Source: Podarcis erhardii (taxonomy: Eukaryota). From it: 64,000 bases of DNA. This document shows positions 24,784 through 37,767 of the stretch, one piece after another; the first letter of the stretch is position 1; each line of letters begins with the position of its first letter. A model generated the notes under the pieces. It made no database searches. It was not told the origin of the DNA and worked only from the letters and a program-made list of their open reading frames with translations. A program made the position numbers and the translations under genes. The stretch lies in the NCBI GenBank assembly GCA_964252035.1, contig OZ176208.1; one strand, given 5' to 3'.

Positions 24784-25117
24784 TTATGCCCACAACAGTT
24801 TATTAGATTTCAAAATGTGCCTCAAGGCTCAAAAAGGTTGAGGCTCACCATTCTTTCTTTGCTCTTATTTTTTGTCTGTGCCCAGTGTGATTATATTATT
24901 GAACTGAATTTATCTTAGTTGTCATGTTCCCCCTTGATCAGGTAAGTGTAGTGTAGGTGAGAACCCTGCCATGGCAGTGCAGGTTGAGAGAAGAAATCTT
25001 ACTCAGTCTTTTAGCACCTGATTTACCCTACCGTTTGATGAGGGAGGGAGAGAGGGTGTCAAGCTAAATGTGCTTACATCAGGGGAGAGAGATGTGCTAA
25101 TAATATAGGCAGCTGCA

Positions 25118-25228
25118 ATTATAGAATTATGGAATTGGAAGGGACCACAATGGTAATCTAGTCCAACACCCTGCAATGCAGGAATCAATGCAGGACTTGA
25201 ATCCATGACCCTGATACTGAGAGTCTCA
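25118..25228 (-). mobile_element. Degraded copy of the tRNA/CR1-tail SINE
   Basis: atagaattatggaattggaagggaccacaatggtaatctagtccaacaccctgcaatgcagg followed by a degenerate tRNA box. Confidence 0.55.
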
Positions 25229-26358
25229 TGCTTTATCCACTAGCGATTGCCCCTTGGTCTGCCTCCATCAACCTGCAGATATCCTTTCTCACCCAGGCAC
25301 TATATGATACCTGGAGCCAAGAGTGTCATTTTTTCCATAGCGATTAAGATCATTTCTAGATTTTGGAGCTACAAAGATCTTTCCGTTGAAACCATGCTCT
25401 AAATAAACTATGGGCTCCTAGTTTGTAACTCTTAGGACCCTGACTTGCACTGTTTCAAGGTTATAACTGCATGTAACCCCAGGCGTTCCATTATTGATTA
25501 CCTAGTGTGGTTGTTGTAAGAAATGCAGGCTTGAGGGCTGTGAATTAGATTGCAGCAGTACTGTTGTGTGAGTTTAATCAGCATTGAACTCACCATGTCC
25601 AAAAACCGAGGGGCACATCTGGTGTGAATGGGAACATGTAATAAGAATTGGGGGGGGTTTGTGTAAAATAGCATGGATTATTAAACAAAATATTCAGACT
25701 GGTTGCAGAACAGCATTTTTGTTGTTTGGAGGTGAGCACAAGTCTTATTTCTAAAGACCTAATAATATTTTTGATGGCCACAGCTCCATTGAGAAATTGT
25801 ACAACATTAGAAGGTCTCTGACATTTAGCCTTTAGAAAGATGGCGCACCAGTTGTTTAAAAAAGTAGCCAAACTTTATCTCTGCAACATGATATCTACCA
25901 TGTAAATGTCAACCCCAGATGTTCCCCAGATGTTGTTGGACTGCATCTGCCATAAGCCCCAGCCAGCATGGACAATGGTCAGTGATGAAGGGAGCTGTAG
26001 TTCAGCAGCAAAAGGAGGGACGCTAGAGGGACCTTCTAGACTGTTGCAATATTGGATGTTCACTCTAGGATAAGCAAGACCCCCACAACTGCCTGTACTC
26101 AGGAACTACAGTTCAAGAAAAAACTAGAACTATGACCTTTTAGTTAATTCATTGTTTAGAAGATTCAGCAATTGATTAAGCAACCACACACACACACACG
26201 TAGTACATTCAACGGAGTTCAGTGGGATTACTGCCAGGTAAGTGGTTATAGAAGTAAAGCTGTATTCTGTTTAAGGTACACTAATTGAAATCTGTGGATT
26301 TGTGACCACTTTTCCTCAACCTGCTGTCCTCTAGCTGTTTTGAGCTACCATATATATA

Positions 26359-26691
26359 CAGTGGTGCCTCGCAAGACGAAAAGAATCCGTTCCGCGAGTC
26401 TCTTCGTCTAGCGGTTTTTTCGTCTTGCGAAGCAAGCCCATTGACGGCTTAGCGGATTAGCGCTATTAGCGGTTTAGCGGCTTTTAGCGGCTTAGCGGCT
26501 TAGCGGCTTAGCGGATAAGCGGCTTAGAAAAGGGGGGGAGGGAAAAACCCCCGCAGGAACTCGCAAGACATTTTCGTCTTGCGAAGCAAGCCCATAGGAA
26601 ATTCGTTTTGCAAAGCACCTCCAAAACGGAAAACTCTTTCGTCTAGCGAGTTTTCCGTCTTGCGAGGCATTCGTCTTGCGGGGCACCACTG
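26359..26691. mobile_element. Tigger/pogo-like MITE family 2 in a (TA)n tract
   Basis: TIRs cagtggtgcc(t/c)cgcaagacgaa, TA flanks, CpG-rich, internal (TTAGCGG)-like array. Confidence 0.9.
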
Positions 26692-27152
26692 TATATATAT
26701 ATATATATATATTGTGTCTAATATGAACACTTACAAAGCTGCAGGTGACAGGCAGTACCTTGGAAGATATGTTTCTCCTCTTTTGTACATAAGAGAATGT
26801 GTCTTCTAAAGTGGTGCCATCTGTGATATGCAATCATCCAAAAATTTAAAAAATGGGACTTTTGACTCAGAAATGTTGTGTTCATATGGAAGCTTATGCA
26901 GATTTAATTGATGACTTGATACATGAAATCCCAGGCAGCTAGGCAGTTACATTAAAACAACAACAACTAGCTAGCAACCCTAAGAAACGCTATGGAAAGA
27001 CATCAGCATGCAATTTTGTACTACACCTTTCTGTTTTTGTTTTAATGTTGCAGTTGGCCTTGTCTGCTGAAAAGATCTTGCTCACTTTCAACCAGTTCGT
27101 TAGCATCCCTGTTATCATCCATTTCCTCTTCATCATCTTCACGATCAGCCAG

Positions 27153-27252
27153 ATGCAATACAATGTCAAAGAATTGATTTCTCTGGCTAGAAGGCCATCA
27201 TCTTGTTTTGACAAGGAAGGAAAACTGACCATATGCAGAATGCTAAGGGATG
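27153..27252 (+). CDS. INPP4B: Coding exon (probable first coding exon) of a PH-domain-containing INPP4-family inositol polyphosphate 4-phosphatase long isoform; paralog uncertain, INPP4B favoured
   Basis: ATG at 27153 reads MQYNVKELISLARRPSSCFDKEGKLTICRMLRD+G, then donor GATG|gtaaat (phase 1). Acceptor candidates are ttttgttttaatgttgcag|27054 or the pyrimidine-rich ...cacgatcagccag just before the ATG. The peptide resembles, from memory, the invertebrate INPP4 N-terminus (MRFNKQEL..LA..PS.KFDKEG.L) and PLEKHJ1 (MRYNEKELQALSRQP). The symbol is inferred from family resemblance and large introns, not from a database hit. Confidence 0.65.
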
Positions 27253-28108
27253 GTAAATGTATAGGTAAAAATAGTTGGCATTGGCAGTCGTCTGTGCACG
27301 TATGTTTGGCAGCTGTTGTCTGCTCACTGTTTTAGTATTCACAGATTTGCTGGTATAATCCGTTTTCTTCATTGCTAATGGCTGAGTGCTCCTAAACACC
27401 TTCGTAATTGCTTTTCTGCCATAGCTATGGTGGATTAGACTCTCACTGGTATGTGCAAACAAAGATGAAAGTAATAGTCCTGCTGCTTGTTGCTAACTGG
27501 ATTAATTTACATAGGGGAATGAGAGAAGTTCTCTTCTTGTGTGTTATATCAAACTACTTATCAAGTTGCACACTTTCTGCATGCTGGGGAGAAACAGGCC
27601 TCTGCTTAGTTTCTGGGTGCTATGCATGTTTAGGAGCACAGACAGTGCAAGGAGCTGCTAAAATGAATGGGAAGGCCTACACATTTTCACATCCAGCCCT
27701 TGTTCTTCCCTCAGTACATTTGGTTTGATGCTAACAACTACAACAAGATGGTCAAAACACTTAATGGAACTAACCTAATTCTGGGCCAAGAAAAGTTGAG
27801 TTCTGTGGCCTCTTAAATTGAACTAATTTGCATGCATTTGCCTATTTTGCACACCTTCCTCTTTGTTTTTATTTTAATTGCAAGTAAGAGTACAAAGTTG
27901 TCCTTAACCACTCCATCTTGTCATTGTCTTTGGAACCATCACTATATTTGGGCTTGAAATGTTCAGATCTGTTTTTCATTTTTGTTTCATTTTAACTTTG
28001 TTTAGCTCTGTTCCACATTCATTTCCATTTGGTGGTTTGCAACCCGCAGAAATGTCAACAAATACATTAAATGGCACATTGCCATCCTATCACAATTCAA
28101 AACATAAC

Positions 28109-28413
28109 TTCTTCCTGTTTCTGGCGGTGAGAAATGGCTGACACCCACACGATCGGACCTTAGCCGTGCCAGTAATTCAGGGTTGATATGGGGATAATTC
28201 ACCCTGGCAGATCCCCAGGGTGGGGGAGACTGTCTCATAGACCCGCAGTTCATCTGAGATTTGTCAGCTGGTAGGACGTTGGGTCCTAGAGCACAGCATG
28301 GCTGGCACTCTCCAAAGTCACTCTCACAAGCCGGAAATATTGGTTTGATAAAATAATTCGATTTGGACAATAAACAGACATAGTCTGGACTGAAGAAGAC
28401 TGAGAAAAAATCT
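28109..28413 (+). mobile_element. 305-bp retroposed insertion of unknown family (L1 5'-UTR-like)
   Basis: Flanked by the exact 17-bp direct repeat ACAATTCAAAACATAAC (28092-28108 and 28414-28430). GC/CpG-rich. AATAAA at 28369 and A6 at 28405-28410. Confidence 0.65.
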
Positions 28414-29890
28414 ACAATTCAAAACATAACCAAGAACAAGTAATAAATAAATAAATCAAGAATCCACTTCACATATGCAACATACTATCAACAAAAAAAC
28501 AGCAGATAACAACAGAATAAAGTCACCCCCATACATTTCAAACAACCAAGACAAAATTAGAAAGAATGCATTACACAAAATATCATTCCCCATGGGTTGT
28601 ACCTAATGCTGCTGTTCCACTTTTGTTACAGATTTCTACTTGCACAACAGAACTCATTTCTCTCTTCAGTCCTGCAGCCTCCCACTTCAAAATCTGCTGC
28701 AGAGAGTTGGAGCACCCTTTGGAGCAAATTTTGGGGGCTTGCAGGGGGAGGAGAGGAATGGAAAGTTCCATTGTGTGAGCAGAATTCTGCACAGGCAGTA
28801 ATGGATAGAGCCCCATATTTTTGCTGCTGGCAGTGCTAGAAATTCATACCAGCCTACATTTTACTGACAAAAATACATTCTGTGCAACTCTCCTAATTTC
28901 ATGCCAAAGAGAATTTTGCAAGCCTTGCCCTGCTCCCCATTGCATACTGGTGTAAATTGTCCACTGCATTTCTTATGCATTGAACTCTGTACCTACCCTG
29001 TGATTTACAAGCTAAGAGAATGGTTGTTTTTCTGTAAAACATCTACTAGCAAAAGGATAATACATTATCAGCAGTACAAAATGTAGTCTAACCGACTGTT
29101 TCACTCTAGACTGTGTGCTAGAGATGAGACACAGCCAATCTCCATTCACAGTGCAGTCCTAAACATGTTGAATCAGAATGAAACCCCACTGAGTTCAGTA
29201 GGACTTAACTGTACTGCCAGGTAAATAAATATGGGATTGTAGACTCAGAGTTTTAACTTCTAGAGATCATGTGGAGGAAGCTTTAACCCCATGGAGGATG
29301 GCAGTGGTAGTACAGTATTGCCTGTTAACATATTTGAGCAAGGGATTCCCAAAAGTCAAAAATATGGAACAGAGCTTACGACATAGGGACTGTTCATGAT
29401 AAACAGGCAGTTGAAGCATATGGAAATTTTATTTATTTTGCAATAACTGATGTAGGAGATCAGTTTTCTGAAGATAGCTGGATTTTTCTATTACCCCACC
29501 CATCAAGTTCATTTCTATCTCCTGTGGTCTGAATCAAGTTATTTATTTATTTTAACTCACTAGGGACATGAATTAACTTTCCAATACCAGGATGTTTGTG
29601 TTTTCAACCTTGCTTTGTCAATGGTTACAGTAACGGTTTCAGATGCATTTGAGTTCTAACATATCCAAGTCTGTCCTTTCGGCATTTCATTTCCTTGTAA
29701 CTCGCCTGATTACAACCCTTCTTCCAACACAACAGTATACACCTGTCAACTTGGATAAGGTATTTTGGTACCTTAAAGACCAGCAAATCTATCATGGCAT
29801 ATGTTTTTGTGTTTTAAAATACACTTTTAAAGTGTCTTTTAAAGTGACAAAAGTCTCTGATGTTTTAATAGGTATTAGTTATATTGAACA

Positions 29891-30253
29891 GGGACACTGG
29901 TTGCACTGTGGGTTAAACCACTGTGAATCTTGGGCTTGCCGATCAAAAGGTCGGTGGTTCGAATCCCCGTGATGAGGTGAGCTCCCATTGTTCAGTCCCA
30001 GCTCCTGCCAACCTAGCAGTTTGAAAGCAGGCAGTCCAAGTAGATAAATAGGTATTGCTCCAGCGGGAAGGTAAACGGTGTTTCCGTGTGCTGCTTTGGT
30101 TTCACCAAAAGCGGCTTAGTCATGCTGGCCACATGACCTAGAAAAACTGTCTGCGGACAAACGTCAGCTCCCTAGGCCAGTAAAGTGAGATGAGCGCCGC
30201 AACCTCAGAGTCGTTCGCGGCTGGACTTAATTGTGAGGGGTCCCTTTACCTTT
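29891..30253 (+). mobile_element. Sauria SINE, full length
   Basis: Same family. TSD TTATATTGAACA at 29879-29890 and 30254-30265. Confidence 0.95.
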
Positions 30254-30892
30254 TTATATTGAACACCATCTTATGGGGGGGGGGCTTTAAAAGGCTTCTG
30301 GCTGGCACTGGTTTTTAACACAGTGTGTTAATCTCTGAAGACAAGCTTAATTCTAGCCCACTTTGTCATGCAGAGCACCCCCTCCTGTGCTTATGTCTTC
30401 ATACCACTGTGTTGATGTTTTTAGAAATGACAAAAATAATCCAAATATTACCCGTACGATGTGTGTTGTTTAGAGTAAAATAAATCAATTAAGTCTGTAA
30501 CAACCCAGTGAAAAGAATAAATATTGAGTTTTCCCAGTAAGGTTCATCTGCTGAAGCAAGGTTTGCATGGTTGTCTTGTGCAAAAGAGCAAGTCTGTGTT
30601 CTCTTTTGCAAAATGGAACAAAGCAAAAGAAATCATCACCGAGTGTATGCTGCAGTCTCTAATTCTGTCAGCTGCAGGATAACTGAAAACTTCTGGGAAG
30701 TTAATCTGACATTTAGCAGCATGTTATAAGTCAGCTGCCAAGTGAAGCTGATTTTTCATTAATGACTTCCCCATTAAACTTCATTAGAAATGCATCTTCT
30801 TTAAGAAGAAATATATGAAGGGAGGAGGGTATTATTTATTGTTATCTTCATCATCGTCATTATTATTAATACTATGCTGCTTTTGCATGCAG

Positions 30893-30957
30893 AGCCAAGA
30901 GAGAGATGGTGTCGTCTGAAAGGAAATCTGCTCTTTCTAATGAAAAATAAGAATAAG
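30893..30957 (+). CDS. INPP4B: Second coding exon of the same gene: PH-domain core (E)PRERWCRLKGNLLFLMKNKNK
   Basis: Acceptor gcttttgcatgcag|AG and donor AATAAG|gtaatt. The 65-nt exon enters in phase 1, matching the previous exon, and exits in phase 0 with no stop. ERWCRLKGNLLF matches the ERWCRLRGNLLFY motif of invertebrate INPP4 PH domains and the RWFVLRGNMLFY motif of the PHETA/Ses type. Confidence 0.7.
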
Positions 30958-32059
30958 GTAATTCATTTCTTTCTCTTCCTTCATATTTGTGCCTCTTCCT
31001 GAATTTACACAATTCTTTTCACTTTTTAAAAACCCCTTGGTATGATTCTATGGATATAAATATTCAGTATTTTTGGCAGTAGCCTAAACATTACCATCCG
31101 TTTACCTTTATGGCTGGTTATAAAATGTGAGACATTCCTCAGTAGCATCAACAATGCTACTGAATGATTGGCTGCATCAGAAATGACTTGAGGCCAAACA
31201 GTGTCCTAATTTGATGTGTAAAAGAAGATGTCAATCCAGAATCCTCCAGCAGACTTTTTTTGACTGCAGAATCCACATCTTAATTCCTACTATTGTTACA
31301 GAAAGATAGAATTGGGGAGGTCTGTAATGCTTTTCTGGGGCTGTTTGTGCTGAATATTATTCTTACAATAGTGTCCGTTCTAGGAGAAAGTAGTTGTGTA
31401 TATTTGCCTTTCTTTTGATTCAGTTAAAAGAAGCTTTCAGAACCAGTTTTTAATTCAAGTTTTAAATCTTGGGATTTTGGGAAAAGAAACAAGGAATGAG
31501 AGGTTTAACTATTTTCATTATCTTTCACAGTTGACAAACCTTGACACATTTGGAGTCATGGCAATAGAAAGTGAGAAGCTAATTATTATTTTTGTCTGGT
31601 TCAGACATTATAATTTTTGGAGGGGTCAGATAAGCCAGAACTGCTAATATGAGATTCAGATAACTTTATCTGTAGCAAACATTGGTGGAATCTGTCTTTG
31701 TCGTTACCTCCTGCCACAAATAGCTTCAGTAAATGTTTATTTGGAGGGATTAATTTCTGCTAAAAATAAAATTGTATAACTTGTAGCATGATTGCAGCAG
31801 TGTAAAGGCTAGTTTCAGGTGGTTTTCGCCTTCTTTGAAAATTATACATATAAAAAAAAGAAAACGAAAACAGATAATCTAGGTCAGTTGTCTTCTGGAG
31901 GCTCCGTTCAGACATCATGCCACACTATGACTCTAACTGTGGATTGTCAGTTCATATTTTACACCAAAGTACAGTAAGCAGAAACCATGACTTGCAAATC
32001 CATTTCAGACAATGGTGGTTTTTTGTTTTTTTTTTTAATTCTGGATTTCTTTCTGATTA

Positions 32060-32330
32060 CTTACCTTCCTTAACCATGAGTTGACATAATGTCTGAATTA
32101 AGTTTACCTACCTCCTTGGTATTGCCCTGTCCTCCAAGGAACTCAAGTAGTATACATGGTTCTCTTCTCCACCTCCCACTCCACATCTCATTAATTATCC
32201 AATAGAACCTATATTGCTTAATATGACACAACACACATCTACAAAGTCTAGGACTAGTTAACCAGAAGGCCTGGTGTGTTAGCTCCTGGGACACCATAGC
32301 TGATATACATATAGGGACTACATATGGCAA
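32060..32330 (-). mobile_element. Possible degraded L1 ORF2 C-terminal fragment
   Basis: Minus-strand peptide CRCVLC...FYWIINEMW...ILLEFLG weakly resembles the L1 ORF2 Cys/Trp-rich tail. Confidence 0.35.
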
Positions 32331-33291
32331 AATGCTAATATATCACATAGGGATAGTAAGTTTTCAAACAATGTAAGTGAGTGACTAAGAATATTGTGGT
32401 GAGAACATTGTGGCCTTGTCTCCATCCTATGCATATTCAAGAAACCGTATGACCAGATCATACACTTGTACAAATGAAAGCAGGTAGTTCATTGCAAATT
32501 TAAATATGTACAGATTGCGCGCACACACAAAAACTGGATATGTGTAGTGTTACAGTATAGGTCATGAACCAGAATGTGTGTTTAAGCACTTATGTGTGTC
32601 CATATACCAACGAGAGGTTTAGGATCTTTTGCTGGAGTTATGACTTGCACTTGTTATGAACATGTGTTTACCCACAAGTTCCCACACACCAAAGGAATAA
32701 AGAAAACTTAGTTTATTATATGAAATAGAAGTGATGGAATATATATAAATGCTGCTTCAGACAGTAAAATTATAATTTAAGCAGGCAGCAACTTCCACAA
32801 TACCTTGATCTAAAGAGTGGCAGAAATAGCTAACTATTTTTTAAAAATCCTGTAGAAAAGTGAGCTTGGCAATTTTGTCACAGAAACCTAGAATTAGTAT
32901 AAAACCTAATTATGGTTTTGCAAGGCAGAAATGGAAAAGGAAGGATATAACTAGCCTTAAGCATGTGTATGCTGGTCCTTGAGAGGGTTGGATAAGTTCT
33001 GTTGAAGCTAGCAGAGCCAACTGCCTACTGGGATTCTGAGGTTTTTAATATGTTTAGCTAATGTCTCCTAGTAGGAAAGGGAGGGGCCTTGAAATGAACA
33101 CATCCTGCCCTTTTCTCATCTTGCCCATTCTAGTGAGAAAATGACTAAAAACTGGCCAACCTGTTTGCAAAAATGAAAGGTTGTGAAAGTGAGCCATTAA
33201 CTGAACCTGGCCACCTCTTAGTTTGTTCTCTGCTTTCGAATCATTCTGCCATGGTGTGGATGGCTCCCACTGAGGAGTTGAGAATCCTGTA

Positions 33292-33522
33292 CAGTGGTAC
33301 CTTGGGTTACATACGCTTCAGGTTACATATGCTTCAGGTTACAGACTCCGCTAACCCAGAAATAGTACCTCGGGTTAAGAACTTTGCTTCAGGATGAGAA
33401 CACAAATCATTCTCTGGCAGCAGGAGGCCCCATTAGCTAAAGTGGTGCTTCAGGTTAAGAACAGTTTCAGGTTAAGAACATACCTCTGGAACGAATTAAG
33501 TACTTAACCCGAGGTACCACTG
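33292..33522. mobile_element. Tigger/pogo-like MITE family 1
   Basis: ta|cagtggtacc...ggtaccactg|ta. Confidence 0.95.
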
Positions 33523-34951
33523 TACTTGGAAACTAAATTTCCATGTGTTAATTTTTAGAGGGTGTGAGGAACTCAGGATATGCCTGGATGTCTTTCAAGA
33601 GACTAGACTGGAATCATAAATATAACAAGGCTAGCAGAAGGTTCACGGTGGGGTATCCCTTGTCATATTTAGCCATGTCAGTCTTCTAACTTATGCCATG
33701 ATCTACAGAGATAGACCGTATCATAAGTTTAGATTCACAGTGGTTTGAGGGTTGGTGTTTCTCTCCATGATTGAACTCATTCTCCTAAGCATGTTCAGTA
33801 CACACACTTCCAGTTATCTGCTTCATATTGGCCCAAAATTATTTATTGCAGAGGACCATATTTGAGAAATGCATGAAATATGGTTAAGTGACTCGTGGAG
33901 CAACTATTTTGATTCAGGCATGTAACTGTATTCCCTGCCAACCTAGTTAGGTTGAATTTCAGTAATGCAATGAAGGTATGGAACTAGATTTAGGTCTGGA
34001 GATGCTTCCATCTTAATGTTTTTTTCCACATATTCAAATGAACGCTTGATGTAGGACATTTACTGTGACCACCAAGTATAGCTAACCACATTATGTGAAC
34101 ATATTGGCCGGTAGCTCTGGATCGGCTGGTGAATGTGTCAAGTCATGGAACCTCAGATAATGCAGATATATGGCTGATTTCTCTTTTACCTTTCTCCCAA
34201 TTCCTACATAGCGTATGAAGCATTTAAAATGCTTATATAATCAGACAGCTATTAAAACATTTCACAGATATCTAGGTCACACCTTTTCACATGGAGAAAC
34301 GTTTGCTGTTGGTTGCTTTCATGGTATCAAAATTACCATTATTAAGTTTCTGAAAAAAATGTTTTTGTCTATCTAGCAGACTCTTATGATTTCTCTCTCG
34401 GTAAACTATTCAGCATTAGAAATTTGATCTCATTGAGAACCTTTCCATGTGACCTTTCTAGCTTCTCAAACTTCTGAATGCTTATATATTTGCTTTATGC
34501 AAACTGTATTAGGTACAAAAGGAGTATGAAACCTAATTATGGTTTTTCTGTGCAATAATTGTTCCATGGGGCCCTGAATAAATATGAGTGTAGAAGTACA
34601 TGTTTTAAAACCTACTTTAATATTTTTATTTAAAAGTGGATTTGTGATCAGTAGGCTGTAGTAATTTCCTTAGAACAATCATTACTATCATTTGTAGTAT
34701 ATCCTTCTTAGCTTGCAGCTTAATGATGCAGTAGTAAGGACTGTTCCCATCTATTAGCTCAATTTGCCTCTGTGCATGAACGGTACATTTATATTGCTTA
34801 GAAACTTCAGATTCTTTGTGTAGGATTTTGAAAAGTGCATTTAAAGCCTGCTCAAAATTAATTTGTATGCCTTATATAAATTAACTTGTTAAATCCTGCA
34901 AATTCCACAAGATATTAGGTAATATAGGCAGCCATATTTCTTAGTTTAAGT

Positions 34952-35540
34952 TGTTACGGTAAAATCTGGGTGTGAGGCTGCTCTGCCACCCAGCTCGTCG
35001 GACTAAGTCCGCGGGTCCCTGCGGAGGAAAATGAGCTCAGCCGGAGACAGGAGCAAGCTGCAGAAGATCCAAGTTTATTGTGCAACAGGTTCAAAGCGAG
35101 ATTGAACAGCGAGAAAGGGGTGACATGAACTTTTGAAACTTCCCTCCATGTCCCAGAATACAGTGCAAAATACATCCCAGTTACATCATGAATGCATTAA
35201 GAAGAGGTTGGGTTACACAGATTACATCATAAATACATGAGGAAGAGGTTGGGTTACACAGGATTAACATATGGAGGAGGGAGGGGGGAATATGCAGAGC
35301 TGGAGATATGCGCAGATAAGCACATCCTGAGTACCGGTGATGAGAAGACAATGGTCCATGTACTGGCATTGCCCGGAGGAAAGGCTTAGCAGAGTGATTT
35401 GACAGGATTAGGGTCTTGACACCTTGCTTGAGGGATTATGGAGGACAGGGGAGGTGTCATGGAGTCCTAGAGAAATTGAGCAAATTGGCACGTTGAGTTT
35501 CTATCAGTTTTATAGATTTTAGTCCCTTTTGACATTGACA
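34952..35540 (-). mobile_element. Probable solo LTR (ERV-like), boundaries approximate
   Basis: Begins TGTTAC and ends TTGACA. Minus-strand AATAAA (plus GTTTATTG, about 35075). Internal direct repeat GAAGAGGTTGGGTTACACAG x2. No exact TSD. Confidence 0.55.
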
Positions 35541-37767
35541 ATTGGAAATAAATGGATATATTGTAGCAAAGAAGAAGGTGAAGAAGACATGCCCCCCCTT
35601 CCATATCAAAGTTTAGATCATTTTAAATACTGCTTCGGTTGGTATTCAGGTTGGGTTCCTTGTACAATTGTGAAGCTCTCAAACATTTGCTTTAACCTAA
35701 CTACCATTAAAAATGGTTCTCTCTGAAAGCAAGTTTTGTGTGACATATTAAGGCTGCTGTCAATTTTTATGGTAACCTTTTAATCCATCTGGAATTGAGG
35801 GGTCTGACTGAAAGTAATGTAAGGCTCTTAGCTGTGCAAGCATGAAGGTGAATGTAGTCATATGCTTAATGATCAAGTGTATTTAAATAAAAAGTGAGGA
35901 ATGTACTGCTGTGTGACTTGCTCCGTAATGAATTGCGTTTCCATAAACCAGTTGCATTCCTAGGCACAGGAGTGCTGGTAGGCAAGATTAATGAGCAAAT
36001 TGAAATATCCACATTGCCAGTAATTTTAAGCTTTCTTGCAATGTTTGTAAAAGCTTTATGTAAACTACATTCTCACAGCTTATATCACAGGTTTTAATGT
36101 ATTATTACCAGTTGACAGAAAAGCATCAAAGTAAAATTGTTGATTGATTCATAAATCAATAATTGCAGTTTATGTGTTAGGGGGAAAAATGTGAGAATAA
36201 TGGCTTGTTTTAAGTGTTGTGATGTGGCATGCATAGTAATCACCTATAAAGCTGTGAAAAGGTTATGCAGGGTTTCAAAGCATGCCAGTGAAAAATGTAG
36301 ACTATGAAATTTTATAGACAAAAAAACTCCCCATGGTGGGTTTTTTAATAGCTTGTGTTCTTTGATTTCCCATGCTTAAAGATGACTCTGGCTGCATAGA
36401 TGTAATGTGAAATCATGGTTTGTCTAGCTAAACTTGTTTTGTGTTAATGTCTATGCGCAGATGCTTATGTGAATGATCATTGGGCTCATGAAATCCTGCC
36501 TCCCTTTCTTTGTCTTGTACATGGCAGCTTGGAGATCACAAGCTTTCTTTTCCATTTTAAAGCAACCAATTTGTCAGTGTGAGTGAACCCAGACAAACAG
36601 TGGTCATATTAAACTTTGGTTCAGATATAAGAGGTTGTTTTTTTTTTAGCTTTTATAAGTCAATTTTTATAGTGAGAGAGGACTAACGGGATCTTGATTA
36701 AGACCTAAATGGACAGAATTGAACTTGCTGATATATCCAATTTAGCAATTTCATGCTAGAGTGTTCAATTGACCTCTTTTTGTTAGATAATTTTGAATTT
36801 CTGGTCTGCAGTCAAATGTTTTTGGATATTCAAATGACCTCACATTGGTTTCTGCATGGTGCTATTTTTTTATGGCAGGTTTGTGCCTATTTGTTCTTTT
36901 GAGTAGAGACTAATCTGTTTGTCCTATGCATAGTGGCTTTATTGGCAGGTGATGTTAGGGACTGAAGAGACCTGTGAAATTTGGATCAACTCATTTCCTC
37001 ATGAGTTATCTTCCTTAGCACCAAACCTCTGCTTTAAGCACCAATTTGCTATTGTTGCTCTGTGAAATGTTCATTTCTTTTTTAAAACTTACCCTGGCCA
37101 CAGATACCCAGGACAACAAGCAACTACTCTTATAATACCTAATTCTCTATATTTTATATCCAGGCAGTCCAGAATATGCATAATCTCTAAGTGAGAACCT
37201 GCAACCTCTATAACAGAAAACTAAGAGATGGTGAGGACTAACAGAGGATGAAGTGGGTGCAAGCTGTTTAGGGAGGAGGGTGGGGAAAATATGGCATGGA
37301 TTATACAATTTCTACAATTACACAAAGTGTGAAATGTTGCAGTAGTTTAAACATGTAATATAAACATAGAAAATGTTGTATAAAATGTCTCTGGCCAAAG
37401 AATATACTGCAGTGTTACCTGCTGCATTCTAATACATGATCTACATGTTTGAGTTTTATCTGAATTGAAAAAAAGTGGGGGTGGGTTTACACATAATCCT
37501 AACCTGTTTGACAGTTGTTTTAGCTAATATCTGTCCACTGCAGAACATGTGTATAAACCCAGAACTCATTTGCAAATATCAGTTGTGTATAATTAGTTTG
37601 ATAGACGTGAAGCTGGTCTAATTGAACTGCTGTGTTTATGTGATGCCATTAAACATCTTCTGGTGTCAGCCTTTGGCCTGCAGCACAATATTGCATTCAC
37701 CGTGGGGATGGCACAGATGATAGCACCTCTGTCGAAAATATTTTAGTTGCCCTAATATTCATGAGTA

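Noticed and set aside
27082-27184. Minus-strand acidic frame QRNQFFDIVLHLADREDDEEEMDDNRDANELVE with apparent splice sites
   Set aside because: It is antisense to the pyrimidine-rich region and ATG of the + strand exon, which has a recognisable homologous peptide and an in-phase partner exon. No partner exons were found on the minus strand.
36949-37065. Frame VMLGTEETCEIWINSF resembling the PH C-terminal helix
   Set aside because: Weak acceptor, no intervening exon and no good donor. Probably coincidental.
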